Part shown: positions 54,084 to 62,733 of the stretch, piece after piece
How the letters are laid out: every line of letters starts with the position of its first letter
How positions within the stretch are numbered: the stretch's first letter is position 1
Source of the DNA: Bacteroidales bacterium
GTDB taxonomy: Bacteria; Bacteroidota; Bacteroidia; Bacteroidales; VadinHA17
Reading direction: 5' to 3'
DNA: 64,000 nt
Assembly (NCBI GenBank): GCA_034003345.1
Contig: JAVEYS010000003.1
Span: 4,789-68,788, forward strand
Notes under the pieces: model-generated
What the model saw: only the letters and a program-made list of their open reading frames with translations
Told to the model about the DNA's origin: nothing
Databases searched by the model: none
Translations under genes and position numbers: made by a program

Positions 54084-56636
54084 TTATCTCTTTCTCCGGA
54101 GAGGTAATTTTGTTCTTCTTATGCCATCATATGCAGAGAGTGCATTAGCTATGGCAGCAGCTGTAGGGACCAACCCTATCTCACCTATCCCTTTGGCTCC
54201 GTACGGTCCTACCGGGTCCTTCTCTTCGATACCGATAACCTCTATCTCAGGCATGTCAACGGCCCTGATCAATCCCAGGTCATTAAATTTAAGACTCACC
54301 GGTCTGCCGTTCTTCATGGGCAGATCTTCGGTAAGAGCGTATCCCATACCCATGTGCACGGCGCCCTCTATCTGTCCTTCAAAGAGCATACGGTTCATGA
54401 TCTTGCCGGCGTCATGGGCTGCAATGATCTTTGTCACCGAGCCCTCCTCATTGAGTATGGCCACCTGTGTTGCATAACCATAGGCAAAGTGGATTGCCGG
54501 ATCGTCGGTCTCCTCTCCCGGCCTGCATGTCCAGTCGCACACAAAGCCGCCCCTGTAGATACGGCCGGCAAGCTGCTGCAGAGAACCCTGCCTGAGGTCT
54601 TCACGTATGCGTGCCGAGGCGTCAATGATGGCGTTACCCATCAGGGCTGTGGCTCTGGAAGAGGTGGTCATGCCTGTCTGCAGGCCTGTGCCGGTGTCAA
54701 CCCTCACCTCAATTATTCCCGGGTCTATGCCTGTCTCATGGTACAGTATCTGGACGGCCATGGTATGTATTCCCTGGCCCATCTCGCTCCAGCCATGATT
54801 GACAATCACTTTTTTATCAGATACTATCTCTATTGTTACCCTGCTCTCGTCGGTCATGCCGTTTCCCACGCCTGTGTTCTTTATGCCGCATGCTATACCT
54901 GCGAACCTGGCGCTGGCAAACTGGTCCTTAACGGCCAGGAGTGTTTTTTTCAGTCCCACACCTTTCAGTATCTGTCCCGTTGCCGTCTTTTTACCATCCT
55001 CGAGAGCGTTGTCAAAGCGTATCTGCCAGCGGTTGAACCCACCCTTGCGGCACAGTTCGTCTATGCAGCTCTCAACAGCGAAGGTCACCTGTGGGACGCC
55101 GAAGCCTCTCATGGCGCCGGCCGGCAGGTTGTTTGTATAGACGGTCACGGCTTTAATATCCACCGCAGGGACGGTGTATGCACCGGTGGCGTGGCCCACC
55201 ACCCGCTCCATCACCTTGGTGCCTACGGAGGCATAGGCTCCGGTGTCACCGATGGCATCAAGCCGCAGCGCTGTAAATTTACCCTGGGTGTCGCAGGCGA
55301 GGCTTATCTTCATCCAGACAGGGTGGCGTTTAGGGTGCATGATTATTGATTCGTCACGGGTAAGGTGCACTCTTACTGCTTTTCTCAGGAGCCAGGCAAA
55401 GAGTGAAGCATGGCCCTGGACGGTTATATCCTCCTTGCCACCGAATCCGCCTCCGTTCTGTATCTGTATCACCCTGACCTTCTCTTCCTGAAGAGCGAGT
55501 ATCCCGGCTACCGCCTTTCTGTCAACGTAAGCGCCCTGGCCCTGGCTGTATAGCCTGACGCCGTCGTCTTCCGGCATGGCTATTGCTGTCTCGGTCTCGA
55601 GAAAAGCATGTTCTATCCGCTGTGTCTCATAAACACCTGCGGAGACCCATGCCGCTTCGCTGATACTCTTATCAACATCTCCGGACAGGATGCTGCATAC
55701 CTCCAGCACATTGGAGCGCCCGCTATGTACTTCAGGGCTGCCAGGTTTGATGGCCTCGTGCATGTCGGTCACCGGATCAAGGATCTGATATTCCACATTG
55801 ATAAGCTTTGCAGCTGTCCTGGCCATGGCTTCCGTCTCTGCCACAACGCCGGCAAGCACATCTCCGAGGCAGTGTGTTGTCTCTCCTTCGCCTACCATCA
55901 ATGGCCAGTCGCGGAATATAAGCCCTGTAGAGTGCTCACCGGGAATGTCGGCTGCAGTGAAGATCCTTATCACTCCTTCAGCCTTCAGAGCTTCAGTGGT
56001 ATCAATTCTTGTCACTATTGCGCGCGGGTGGTCGCTGAACCTCAGCGCCCCGTGCACCATGCCCTCAAAGTGCATGTCGTCAACAAAATCCCTGGCCCCC
56101 AGCGCTGTCTCTGCTGCCATATATTTAGGGTATGGCTCTCCGACCTTAGCAGAGGCCTTTTCCGTGACACTCTCCTTGCCGTTCAGCTCATTAAAAGCGG
56201 CTTCAATTGCTTCAATGATCTTTACATAACCGGTACAGCGGCATAGGTTAGGTGTTATGGCTTTAATGATCTCATGGCGCGATGGCTCCTTATTGGCATT
56301 ATACAGTGCCTTTGCCCTCATGATCATACCCGGGGAACAGAACCCGCATTGCACGGCACCCTTCTCTGCAAAATGTCTGCTAATAATGTCCCTGAATCTC
56401 CCGGACAATCCCTCCGTTGTAAATATCTCCGCGCCCTCGAGGCTGCGCATTTTTGTGCGGCATGCCAGCTTTGCCATGCCGTTGATCTCCACGGTGCACG
56501 CACCGCATACTCCCTGGCCGGAGCAGCCATCCTTGGCTGAGGTGATCCTGTTCTCAATGCGCAGGTGGTCAAGAAGGGACTCATCAGGGTCTCCCTCAAA
56601 ACATCTCTTTACTCCGTTCAGGGTAAACGTGATCAT
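54084..56636 (-). CDS. xdhD: XdhD-like molybdenum hydroxylase with fused N-terminal [2Fe-2S] domains
   Basis: 850 aa. The N-terminus FTLNG...CSGQGVCGACTV and CGFCSPGM...CRCTGY are the two 2Fe-2S motifs. An aldehyde oxidase / xanthine dehydrogenase Mo-binding body follows. There is no FAD domain. Confidence 0.85.
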   Translation of the reverse strand: MITFTLNGVKRCFEGDPDESLLDHLRIENRITSAKDGCSGQGVCGACTVEINGMAKLACRTKMRSLEGAEIFTTEGLSGRFRDIISRHFAEKGAVQCGFCSPGMIMRAKALYNANKEPSRHEIIKAITPNLCRCTGYVKIIEAIEAAFNELNGKESVTEKASAKVGEPYPKYMAAETALGARDFVDDMHFEGMVHGALRFSDHPRAIVTRIDTTEALKAEGVIRIFTAADIPGEHSTGLIFRDWPLMVGEGETTHCLGDVLAGVVAETEAMARTAAKLINVEYQILDPVTDMHEAIKPGSPEVHSGRSNVLEVCSILSGDVDKSISEAAWVSAGVYETQRIEHAFLETETAIAMPEDDGVRLYSQGQGAYVDRKAVAGILALQEEKVRVIQIQNGGGFGGKEDITVQGHASLFAWLLRKAVRVHLTRDESIIMHPKRHPVWMKISLACDTQGKFTALRLDAIGDTGAYASVGTKVMERVVGHATGAYTVPAVDIKAVTVYTNNLPAGAMRGFGVPQVTFAVESCIDELCRKGGFNRWQIRFDNALEDGKKTATGQILKGVGLKKTLLAVKDQFASARFAGIACGIKNTGVGNGMTDESRVTIEIVSDKKVIVNHGWSEMGQGIHTMAVQILYHETGIDPGIIEVRVDTGTGLQTGMTTSSRATALMGNAIIDASARIREDLRQGSLQQLAGRIYRGGFVCDWTCRPGEETDDPAIHFAYGYATQVAILNEEGSVTKIIAAHDAGKIMNRMLFEGQIEGAVHMGMGYALTEDLPMKNGRPVSLKFNDLGLIRAVDMPEIEVIGIEEKDPVGPYGAKGIGEIGLVPTAAAIANALSAYDGIRRTKLPLRRKR

Positions 56637-57874
56637 TGTACGATCTTCAGGAGGTTATCTATTGTCGGGTAGACCGGTTCCGGCATCCTGATGAGGGATG
56701 AGACCGCACGTGGGTCTTTCAGTCCGCTGCCGGTAAGCAGAACGACATTTGATGTGTCAGTCTCTAAACGGCCTTCTCCGTAGTATGACAGAAATCCCGC
56801 GAATGCCGCTGCCGCTGCCGGCTCGGCAAAGAGCCCGGTGACGGCGGCAAGCATACCTGAGGCATGCAGGATATCATCATCACTGACGGTAAGCGTTTCG
56901 CCGTTGTATTCCCTTATGAACCCGCGTGCCATGTAGAAGTTCCTCGGGATATCAACGGAGATGGAGTCTGCCACAGTGGTTGAGGGAACGACAGTAAATT
57001 CCTCCCGTGGGATATTCCTCACGAGGTTATCACTCTTCTCCGACTGTACTGCGACGATGACAGGCATTCTGGAGATTATTCCCACATGGAGCAGATCTTC
57101 AAAGCCCCTGTAAATTCCTGCCAGTATGACCCCATCGCCTGCCGGGAGGAATATTCTGTCGGGCACCTGACGATCAAGCTGCTCAAACAGTTCGAACGAT
57201 GCCGTCTTTTTGCCCTCAACAGTAAGCGGATTGTATGCGGTATTACGGTTATACCAGCCAAACTCTTCCGTTGCTTTTACGCTGAGGTCAAAGGCTTCAT
57301 CATAAGTGCCTTTGACAGGTACTATCGTAGCGCCGTACATTACTATCTGGGTCAGTTTCGCCGGTGGAGCTGATTCAGGCACAACAATTATTGCCCTCTG
57401 TTGCTGAGAGGCACATATACCTGCCAGGGAGGAGCCGGCATTGCCTGTGGAGGCTGCGATGATGGAATCCAGACCCTTTTCCCGCGCCCAGGCGGATACT
57501 ATGGCCGAGGCCCTGTCTTTGAATGACCAGGTGGGATTCTGAGAGTCATCCTTGATGCAAAGACGGAAGGGAAGGTGCTTGCCTCCCAGCTCCTTGAAGC
57601 GGTAAAGGGGAGTGTTACCTACTCTCAGGGGAGGCAGGGAGTCAGTGCTGTTGAGTGGCAGCAGGTCTATAAATTGTCTATTCTTCAATCCGTCAAACCC
57701 TGCCGCAGACTCTCTTATCATCTTATAGTTGTAGATGGCTTTAACCACTCCGCGGGGAGGAGCATCAGGCAGACTGGCGGCACTGCATGAAGGACACAGA
57801 TAGAACGGTGCGGCACTATCATATTCCTTTCCACAGTCGGTGCATCTGTATATGAATTTGCTCATTGTCATCAC
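56633..57874 (-). CDS. threonine-synthase-family (fold-type II) PLP enzyme with N-terminal zinc ribbon
   Basis: 413 aa. CTDCG...CPSC zinc ribbon at the N-terminus. PLP-lysine block NPTWSFKDRAS and STGNAGSSLA. There is a 4-nt overlap with the xdhD-like start. Confidence 0.75.
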   Translation of the reverse strand: MMTMSKFIYRCTDCGKEYDSAAPFYLCPSCSAASLPDAPPRGVVKAIYNYKMIRESAAGFDGLKNRQFIDLLPLNSTDSLPPLRVGNTPLYRFKELGGKHLPFRLCIKDDSQNPTWSFKDRASAIVSAWAREKGLDSIIAASTGNAGSSLAGICASQQQRAIIVVPESAPPAKLTQIVMYGATIVPVKGTYDEAFDLSVKATEEFGWYNRNTAYNPLTVEGKKTASFELFEQLDRQVPDRIFLPAGDGVILAGIYRGFEDLLHVGIISRMPVIVAVQSEKSDNLVRNIPREEFTVVPSTTVADSISVDIPRNFYMARGFIREYNGETLTVSDDDILHASGMLAAVTGLFAEPAAAAAFAGFLSYYGEGRLETDTSNVVLLTGSGLKDPRAVSSLIRMPEPVYPTIDNLLKIVQ

Positions 57875-57892
57875 CTGCTGTCTGACATTCTC

Positions 57893-59374
57893 CTACAGAG
57901 ATTTCAGCAACCCTGTCCGGTCGTTGAATTCATTGATCAGTTCATCCCATCTGTAGACCTGTCTGAACATAGTGTTCCAGACATCACGGTCGTGCCACAG
58001 CTGGTTTAGCTCTTCTACATCCTTGCCCTGCTGTTCAATCCAGGTATAATACTTCAGGTTATGTATCGCCTTCCTGTCAGTGTATGTCAGCTCCTTCATG
58101 TTATCGCACCTCGTTCCCAGGAGGCACTGCTCGAAGTCGCGTACGGCCTGCAGCGTGTCGTAGTCGCCTCTCTCTGCTCTCAGCTCCTCGATCCTTGACC
58201 CGTACATCTCCGCTGAGTCAGTAGCTATGGTTATGATCACGTCGTCAGAGGTCATCTCAAGATACCTGGCTGTCTTGATGGCAGAGAGGAGGTTGCCTAT
58301 ACCGGATATACCTATCAGTGGCAGGTTGGGCAGAACGTTTCCGTCAATACCGAGAGCCGACAGGTAATCGTGCCCCTTCTTCTCATTGAAGAGTCTGAGC
58401 AGCCTCATGCAGTCTTCATCATCTATGGCAGTTACCATGTCAGTGTTCTTAACATTATGTATCCATGGCACGTGCTTGTCACCTATCCCTTCAATCCTGT
58501 GACCGCCAAAACCGTTCATCAGCAGCGTGGGGCACTGCAATGCCTCGGATGCCACCACTTTTATATCCGGCACTATGGTCCTGAGGTAGTCGCCCGCAGC
58601 TATGGTGCCTGCTGATCCTGTGGCAGAGACGTAGGCGGCCAGACGGCTACAGCCATTACTGACTGTGTTGTATACCTCTTCAATGGCCTGCCCGGTCAGG
58701 TTATAGTGCCATGCTGCGTTGCCGAACTCGTCAAACTGGTTGAAGATGACACAGTCGTGTCTCGTCCTCCGTATCTCCCAGCATTTATCGTAGATCTCCT
58801 TAACGTTTGACTCGCACCCGGGCGTGGCAATAACCTCCGAGCCTATCTCATCACGCAGCCATGCAAACCGTTCATTGCTCATCTCCTCGGGCAGTATCGC
58901 CACAGACTCTGTACCCATAAGCTTTGAGTCGAAGGCGCCGCCGCGACAGTAGTTGCCCGTTGAAGGCCAGACAGCCTTTTGCCATGAGGGATCAAATCCG
59001 CCGGTGATAATCCTCGGTGCAAGGCAGCCATATGCTGCTCCTACCTTATGTGCACCTGTGGGGAACCATTTGCCGATGAGGAGGATGATTCGTGCCTCCA
59101 CTCCCGTGAGCTGCGAGGGCAGTTCAATAAAATTGACATCGCCGAAGAGGCCTCCCTTATCCACCGGCTCATTCTTCCAGGTAATACGAAACAGGTTCAG
59201 GGGGTTCATATCCCACAGCCCCACATCGCGGAGTCTGGAACTGATCTTTTCAGGTATCAGCTCAGGATGCATCTGCTGTTTAAAAGTAGGGAGGATGATG
59301 CCCCTCTCCCTGAAGCGGTTGACCGCATTCTCCAGCGCTGTCTCACTGGTTATATTATCTATTGGCCCGATCAT
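57893..59374 (-). CDS. PLP-dependent enzyme, tryptophan-synthase-beta-like fold, family uncertain
   Basis: 493 aa. FPTGAHKVGAAYG resembles the TrpB-type HTGAHK lysine block, and STGNYCRGGAF follows it. It sits within the operon, 18 nt upstream of the ThrC-like gene. Confidence 0.6.
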   Translation of the reverse strand: MIGPIDNITSETALENAVNRFRERGIILPTFKQQMHPELIPEKISSRLRDVGLWDMNPLNLFRITWKNEPVDKGGLFGDVNFIELPSQLTGVEARIILLIGKWFPTGAHKVGAAYGCLAPRIITGGFDPSWQKAVWPSTGNYCRGGAFDSKLMGTESVAILPEEMSNERFAWLRDEIGSEVIATPGCESNVKEIYDKCWEIRRTRHDCVIFNQFDEFGNAAWHYNLTGQAIEEVYNTVSNGCSRLAAYVSATGSAGTIAAGDYLRTIVPDIKVVASEALQCPTLLMNGFGGHRIEGIGDKHVPWIHNVKNTDMVTAIDDEDCMRLLRLFNEKKGHDYLSALGIDGNVLPNLPLIGISGIGNLLSAIKTARYLEMTSDDVIITIATDSAEMYGSRIEELRAERGDYDTLQAVRDFEQCLLGTRCDNMKELTYTDRKAIHNLKYYTWIEQQGKDVEELNQLWHDRDVWNTMFRQVYRWDELINEFNDRTGLLKSL

Positions 59375-59445
59375 AGTATTACTTGGTTTAGCTCATTTAT
59401 GCAGTGCAAGATAGTAATATGCAGGGAAATAATTAATCTGCATTG

Positions 59446-62400
59446 TCAACCATGAAGCACGCTCACCGCTCCCCGAAGCAGCACTGCCATCTCCGCAGCC
59501 TTATGGAAATGTGCCTCCATAATACAGGGGGTGAGGAAGCTCACTTCAATGATTCTGAATGTCTCCCTTTCAAAGGTTGCAGTTACGAAGTCGGTTTCAT
59601 AAATGTATTTGTCAGGTAGCTCCGTCAGCGTAGCGAAGCTCTCTTTGTGTTTATGTATCAAATTCTTTCGGCCTTTCAGCATGGAGAGGAAGTAACCATC
59701 GGTGGCTTCATTGAATGACGCGGTGGTAAGGTAGAACCTGGGTTTTTCGCGGAAAGGTGCTCCTGAGGTGGGACAGAAAGTGGTGCAGTTGCCGCACTCA
59801 TTGCAGAAGTTAGCAATGTGCAGGATCTGGTATTTCTGTGTTATTTCGAACAGGAAGTCCTCCTCCAGGCGGATATCGTCGTTTTTTGTCCTGACTGCTT
59901 TCTGCAGATTCAGACTAAAGGGAGTAACAGAGTAAGTCCTGTTGGCAAAGTTAGGGCACACTGTAGTACATATGCTGCAGATCTCATCACACCACAGGCA
60001 GCGTCCGGCTTCGGTCACCACCGACTCCCGGTCGGGGGTCTTGCTTATGAGGCTGAAGCTCCGTCTCTGTTCGTCCGTGGGCTCGGCAGCAGGCCTGGCA
60101 GGTATCCTGATGGCACGTTTTTTCATCAGTTCCCCGGCTGACAGCTGCCTGTGTATTTCAGGTTTTGTTAATGCAAAGTTGATGCCCGCCTCCATCATTA
60201 TCTGTTCCGCTGCTTTCCTGCCATCTCCTATGGCGTTAATAGCCGTGGAGGCTCCACGCATTGCATCGCCGCCGGTATAGACACCTTTGATGTGCGTCCT
60301 GTATGGAGTGTCACCGATGGTGAGCTCATCTCTTCCGGCGAAATCGATGTCAATCATCTGGCCAATGGCAGGGATGATTGTATCGCAAGGTATCTCAAAT
60401 TCGCTTCCCTCTATTTTTACCGGGGCTGGTCTTCCGCTGCGGTCTGTTCCTTTCAGCTCCATCCTGCTGCAGATGATACCTGACACCCTGCCATCTCCCG
60501 CAACTATCTCTTCGGGCGCTGCAAGCTCAATGATCACTATACCTTCCTTAATCACTTCACTTATCTCTCCCTGGTCGGCAGGCATCTCATTCAATGTGCG
60601 GCGGTAGACGACGGTCACCTTTCCCTCTTTGCCGACGATCCGCCAGGCGGTACGTGCAGCATCCATGGCAGTATTCCCTCCCCCGATGATCACAACGTTT
60701 TTGCCGATGCCTGTTTCCGTTCCTTCTCTTGCACTGAAGAGGAAGCGGAGAGGATCAGTGACGCCTGCTGCACCGGCTCCTTCGATGTTTATCGGTGACG
60801 CTATCTGTGCTCCGGGGCCGATGAAGATAAACGGATAATCTCTTTTGATGGTTTCAAATCTCTCCCTGTCTATGTGACTGTTGAACAGGATATTCACTCC
60901 CAGGCCTGTGATACGGTCAATATCTCTCTTCACTGCCCCGTCTGTCAGTCTGAAGCCCGGGATGGCATACTGCACCATGCCACCGGCCTGTGATCTTGCC
61001 TCGAACACATCAACGACGAAGCCGGCCATCCTCAGGTAGTACGCGCATGACAGTCCTGCCGGACCGGCACCGATTACCGCTGTCCTGATGCCGTTATCAG
61101 GTGCCGGTCTCAGTGCCGGCTCCTCCTGCGACGCGATGAAACGCTTGACCTCGCGTATCTGCAGAGGGTCGTCATAGTTGATCCTGGTGCACTTCCCCTG
61201 GCACAGGTGATCGCATACCATTCCTGTAACCGATGGGAAGGGGTTTGTCCTCAGTATCACCTCGAAGGCACTGTCAAAGCGGCCCTGCGAGGAGTGCCAC
61301 AGGTAGTCAGGGATATCCTGTGCTGTGGCACATGCTTCGCGGCAAGGAGCTTCTATACAGTCAAAGAGGTCAAGCTCGCGGCCGGACTTGATGTCCGGGG
61401 GGGCAATGTATTCCCTCCTGTAAGCCGGCAAGGTTATAACCGCCCTGCACCAGCCTTCAAGGTTCGCCAGTGAGGCTGACTTTTTATCAGGCATACCGGC
61501 TGACCTGACAATGAACTCATCAATATTCTTTGCTCCATGCTTCTCAAAGTCTGAGTCCAGCTCGCTGAAGTACTGGTACAGCCTCATATAACCTCCTGGT
61601 TTGAGCAGGTCGCTGCAGACGGTTACTGTCCTGAACCCGCAGGAGATAAGGGGGGCGATGTTGAAGGCGTCAGCTCCGGCAGAGAAGGAGAGCAGGAGCT
61701 CCCCCGAAAACTCTTTCTGCAGCTTGAGGGCGAGGTGCACCGAGAGAGGATGAAGAGCACGCCCGCTCATGTACATCATAGGCACATCACTGCCGAAAAC
61801 GGATCTGTTATTTTTCGATTCAAGAGTGTTGGTAAGCTTAAGCCCGAACTGCAGCCTCTTTTCCGCGGCGAGAGACTGAAGAGACCTTATTATACTTAAC
61901 GCATCATCATATTTGAGATCATGCGCAAATGCCTCATCCGGCACGGATGTTTTAAAACCGAGCTTATCATTAAGTATCTCCCTCAGCATCTCCGGCCCCA
62001 GCAGCGTAGGGTTCAGCTTAACCAGGGTGTGCAGGCCGCGCTCCGAGATAAGGTAGCGGGCTATGGACTCTATCTCCTCGGGAGGACAGCCATGCATTGT
62101 GGAGAGCGTAATATTATCAGAGATACGTGAAGGTATGTCTATCTCAGCTGCCTCCGGGTATATTGGCAGTATCTCTTCAAGTCCGGCATGCAGCTCCCCG
62201 GCACATCCGTTCATCTTATCCAGAAACCACTGCACGTTTTCCTGCATGATACCCTGCAGGTTATATCCGATGCTCATATTGAAAACGGTTCCCGTGTCAC
62301 CTCCATGGCCCAATCTGTGGTTCAGGATGTGGATTATTATCCAGGCATTCAGGTACTCGTTGAAGCTCTCCCTGATCTTCAGCTCCTGTGACCACTCACA

Positions 62401-62730
62401 GTTATAGCCCTCATCCTGCATGTCTATACAGGGTTTCGGGACATCCAGCTCATCGAGTGTCTGTACTGTCTTGAGCTCAATGTAACGTGCTCCCATCAGC
62501 CATGCTCCAACGATATTTTGCGCAAGCTGGGTGTGGGGTCCGGCAGCAACACCTATGGGCGACTCAACCGGGTGCCCGAAGATCTCTGTCCGGAGGGATT
62601 CGTTCTCCCCGGGTACGAAAAAGAGCTCCTGCGGCATACCGAAGACAGACTTTTCGCTGTCTAACTCTCTCAGGATCATGCTGAGCAGTTGTCTGAGAGG
62701 AACAGGGCTAAACTTTCCTGACATGGTCAT
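59446..62730 (-). CDS. ygfK: YgfK-like multidomain Fe-S/flavin oxidoreductase (so-called putative selenate reductase subunit)
   Basis: 1094 aa. The N-terminus FSPVPLRQLLSMILRELDSEKSVFGMP is YgfK-like. It has a DPD-like TIM-barrel part and a GltD-like dinucleotide fold VAVIGAGPAGLSCAYYL. C-terminal ferredoxin motifs are CLWCDEICSICTTVCP and CNECGNCTTFCP. Confidence 0.85.
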   Translation of the reverse strand: MTMSGKFSPVPLRQLLSMILRELDSEKSVFGMPQELFFVPGENESLRTEIFGHPVESPIGVAAGPHTQLAQNIVGAWLMGARYIELKTVQTLDELDVPKPCIDMQDEGYNCEWSQELKIRESFNEYLNAWIIIHILNHRLGHGGDTGTVFNMSIGYNLQGIMQENVQWFLDKMNGCAGELHAGLEEILPIYPEAAEIDIPSRISDNITLSTMHGCPPEEIESIARYLISERGLHTLVKLNPTLLGPEMLREILNDKLGFKTSVPDEAFAHDLKYDDALSIIRSLQSLAAEKRLQFGLKLTNTLESKNNRSVFGSDVPMMYMSGRALHPLSVHLALKLQKEFSGELLLSFSAGADAFNIAPLISCGFRTVTVCSDLLKPGGYMRLYQYFSELDSDFEKHGAKNIDEFIVRSAGMPDKKSASLANLEGWCRAVITLPAYRREYIAPPDIKSGRELDLFDCIEAPCREACATAQDIPDYLWHSSQGRFDSAFEVILRTNPFPSVTGMVCDHLCQGKCTRINYDDPLQIREVKRFIASQEEPALRPAPDNGIRTAVIGAGPAGLSCAYYLRMAGFVVDVFEARSQAGGMVQYAIPGFRLTDGAVKRDIDRITGLGVNILFNSHIDRERFETIKRDYPFIFIGPGAQIASPINIEGAGAAGVTDPLRFLFSAREGTETGIGKNVVIIGGGNTAMDAARTAWRIVGKEGKVTVVYRRTLNEMPADQGEISEVIKEGIVIIELAAPEEIVAGDGRVSGIICSRMELKGTDRSGRPAPVKIEGSEFEIPCDTIIPAIGQMIDIDFAGRDELTIGDTPYRTHIKGVYTGGDAMRGASTAINAIGDGRKAAEQIMMEAGINFALTKPEIHRQLSAGELMKKRAIRIPARPAAEPTDEQRRSFSLISKTPDRESVVTEAGRCLWCDEICSICTTVCPNFANRTYSVTPFSLNLQKAVRTKNDDIRLEEDFLFEITQKYQILHIANFCNECGNCTTFCPTSGAPFREKPRFYLTTASFNEATDGYFLSMLKGRKNLIHKHKESFATLTELPDKYIYETDFVTATFERETFRIIEVSFLTPCIMEAHFHKAAEMAVLLRGAVSVLHG

Positions 62731-62733
62731 AAC

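Noticed and set aside
54354-55349. A 331-aa plus-strand ORF, with several shorter ones at 54121-56691, lying antisense to the XdhD-like gene.
   Set aside because: It lies entirely inside a minus-strand gene with strong family motifs. Its Arg/His/Cys/Gly-rich, low-complexity composition is typical of antisense frames of GC-rich coding DNA. It has no signal, motif or promoter box.
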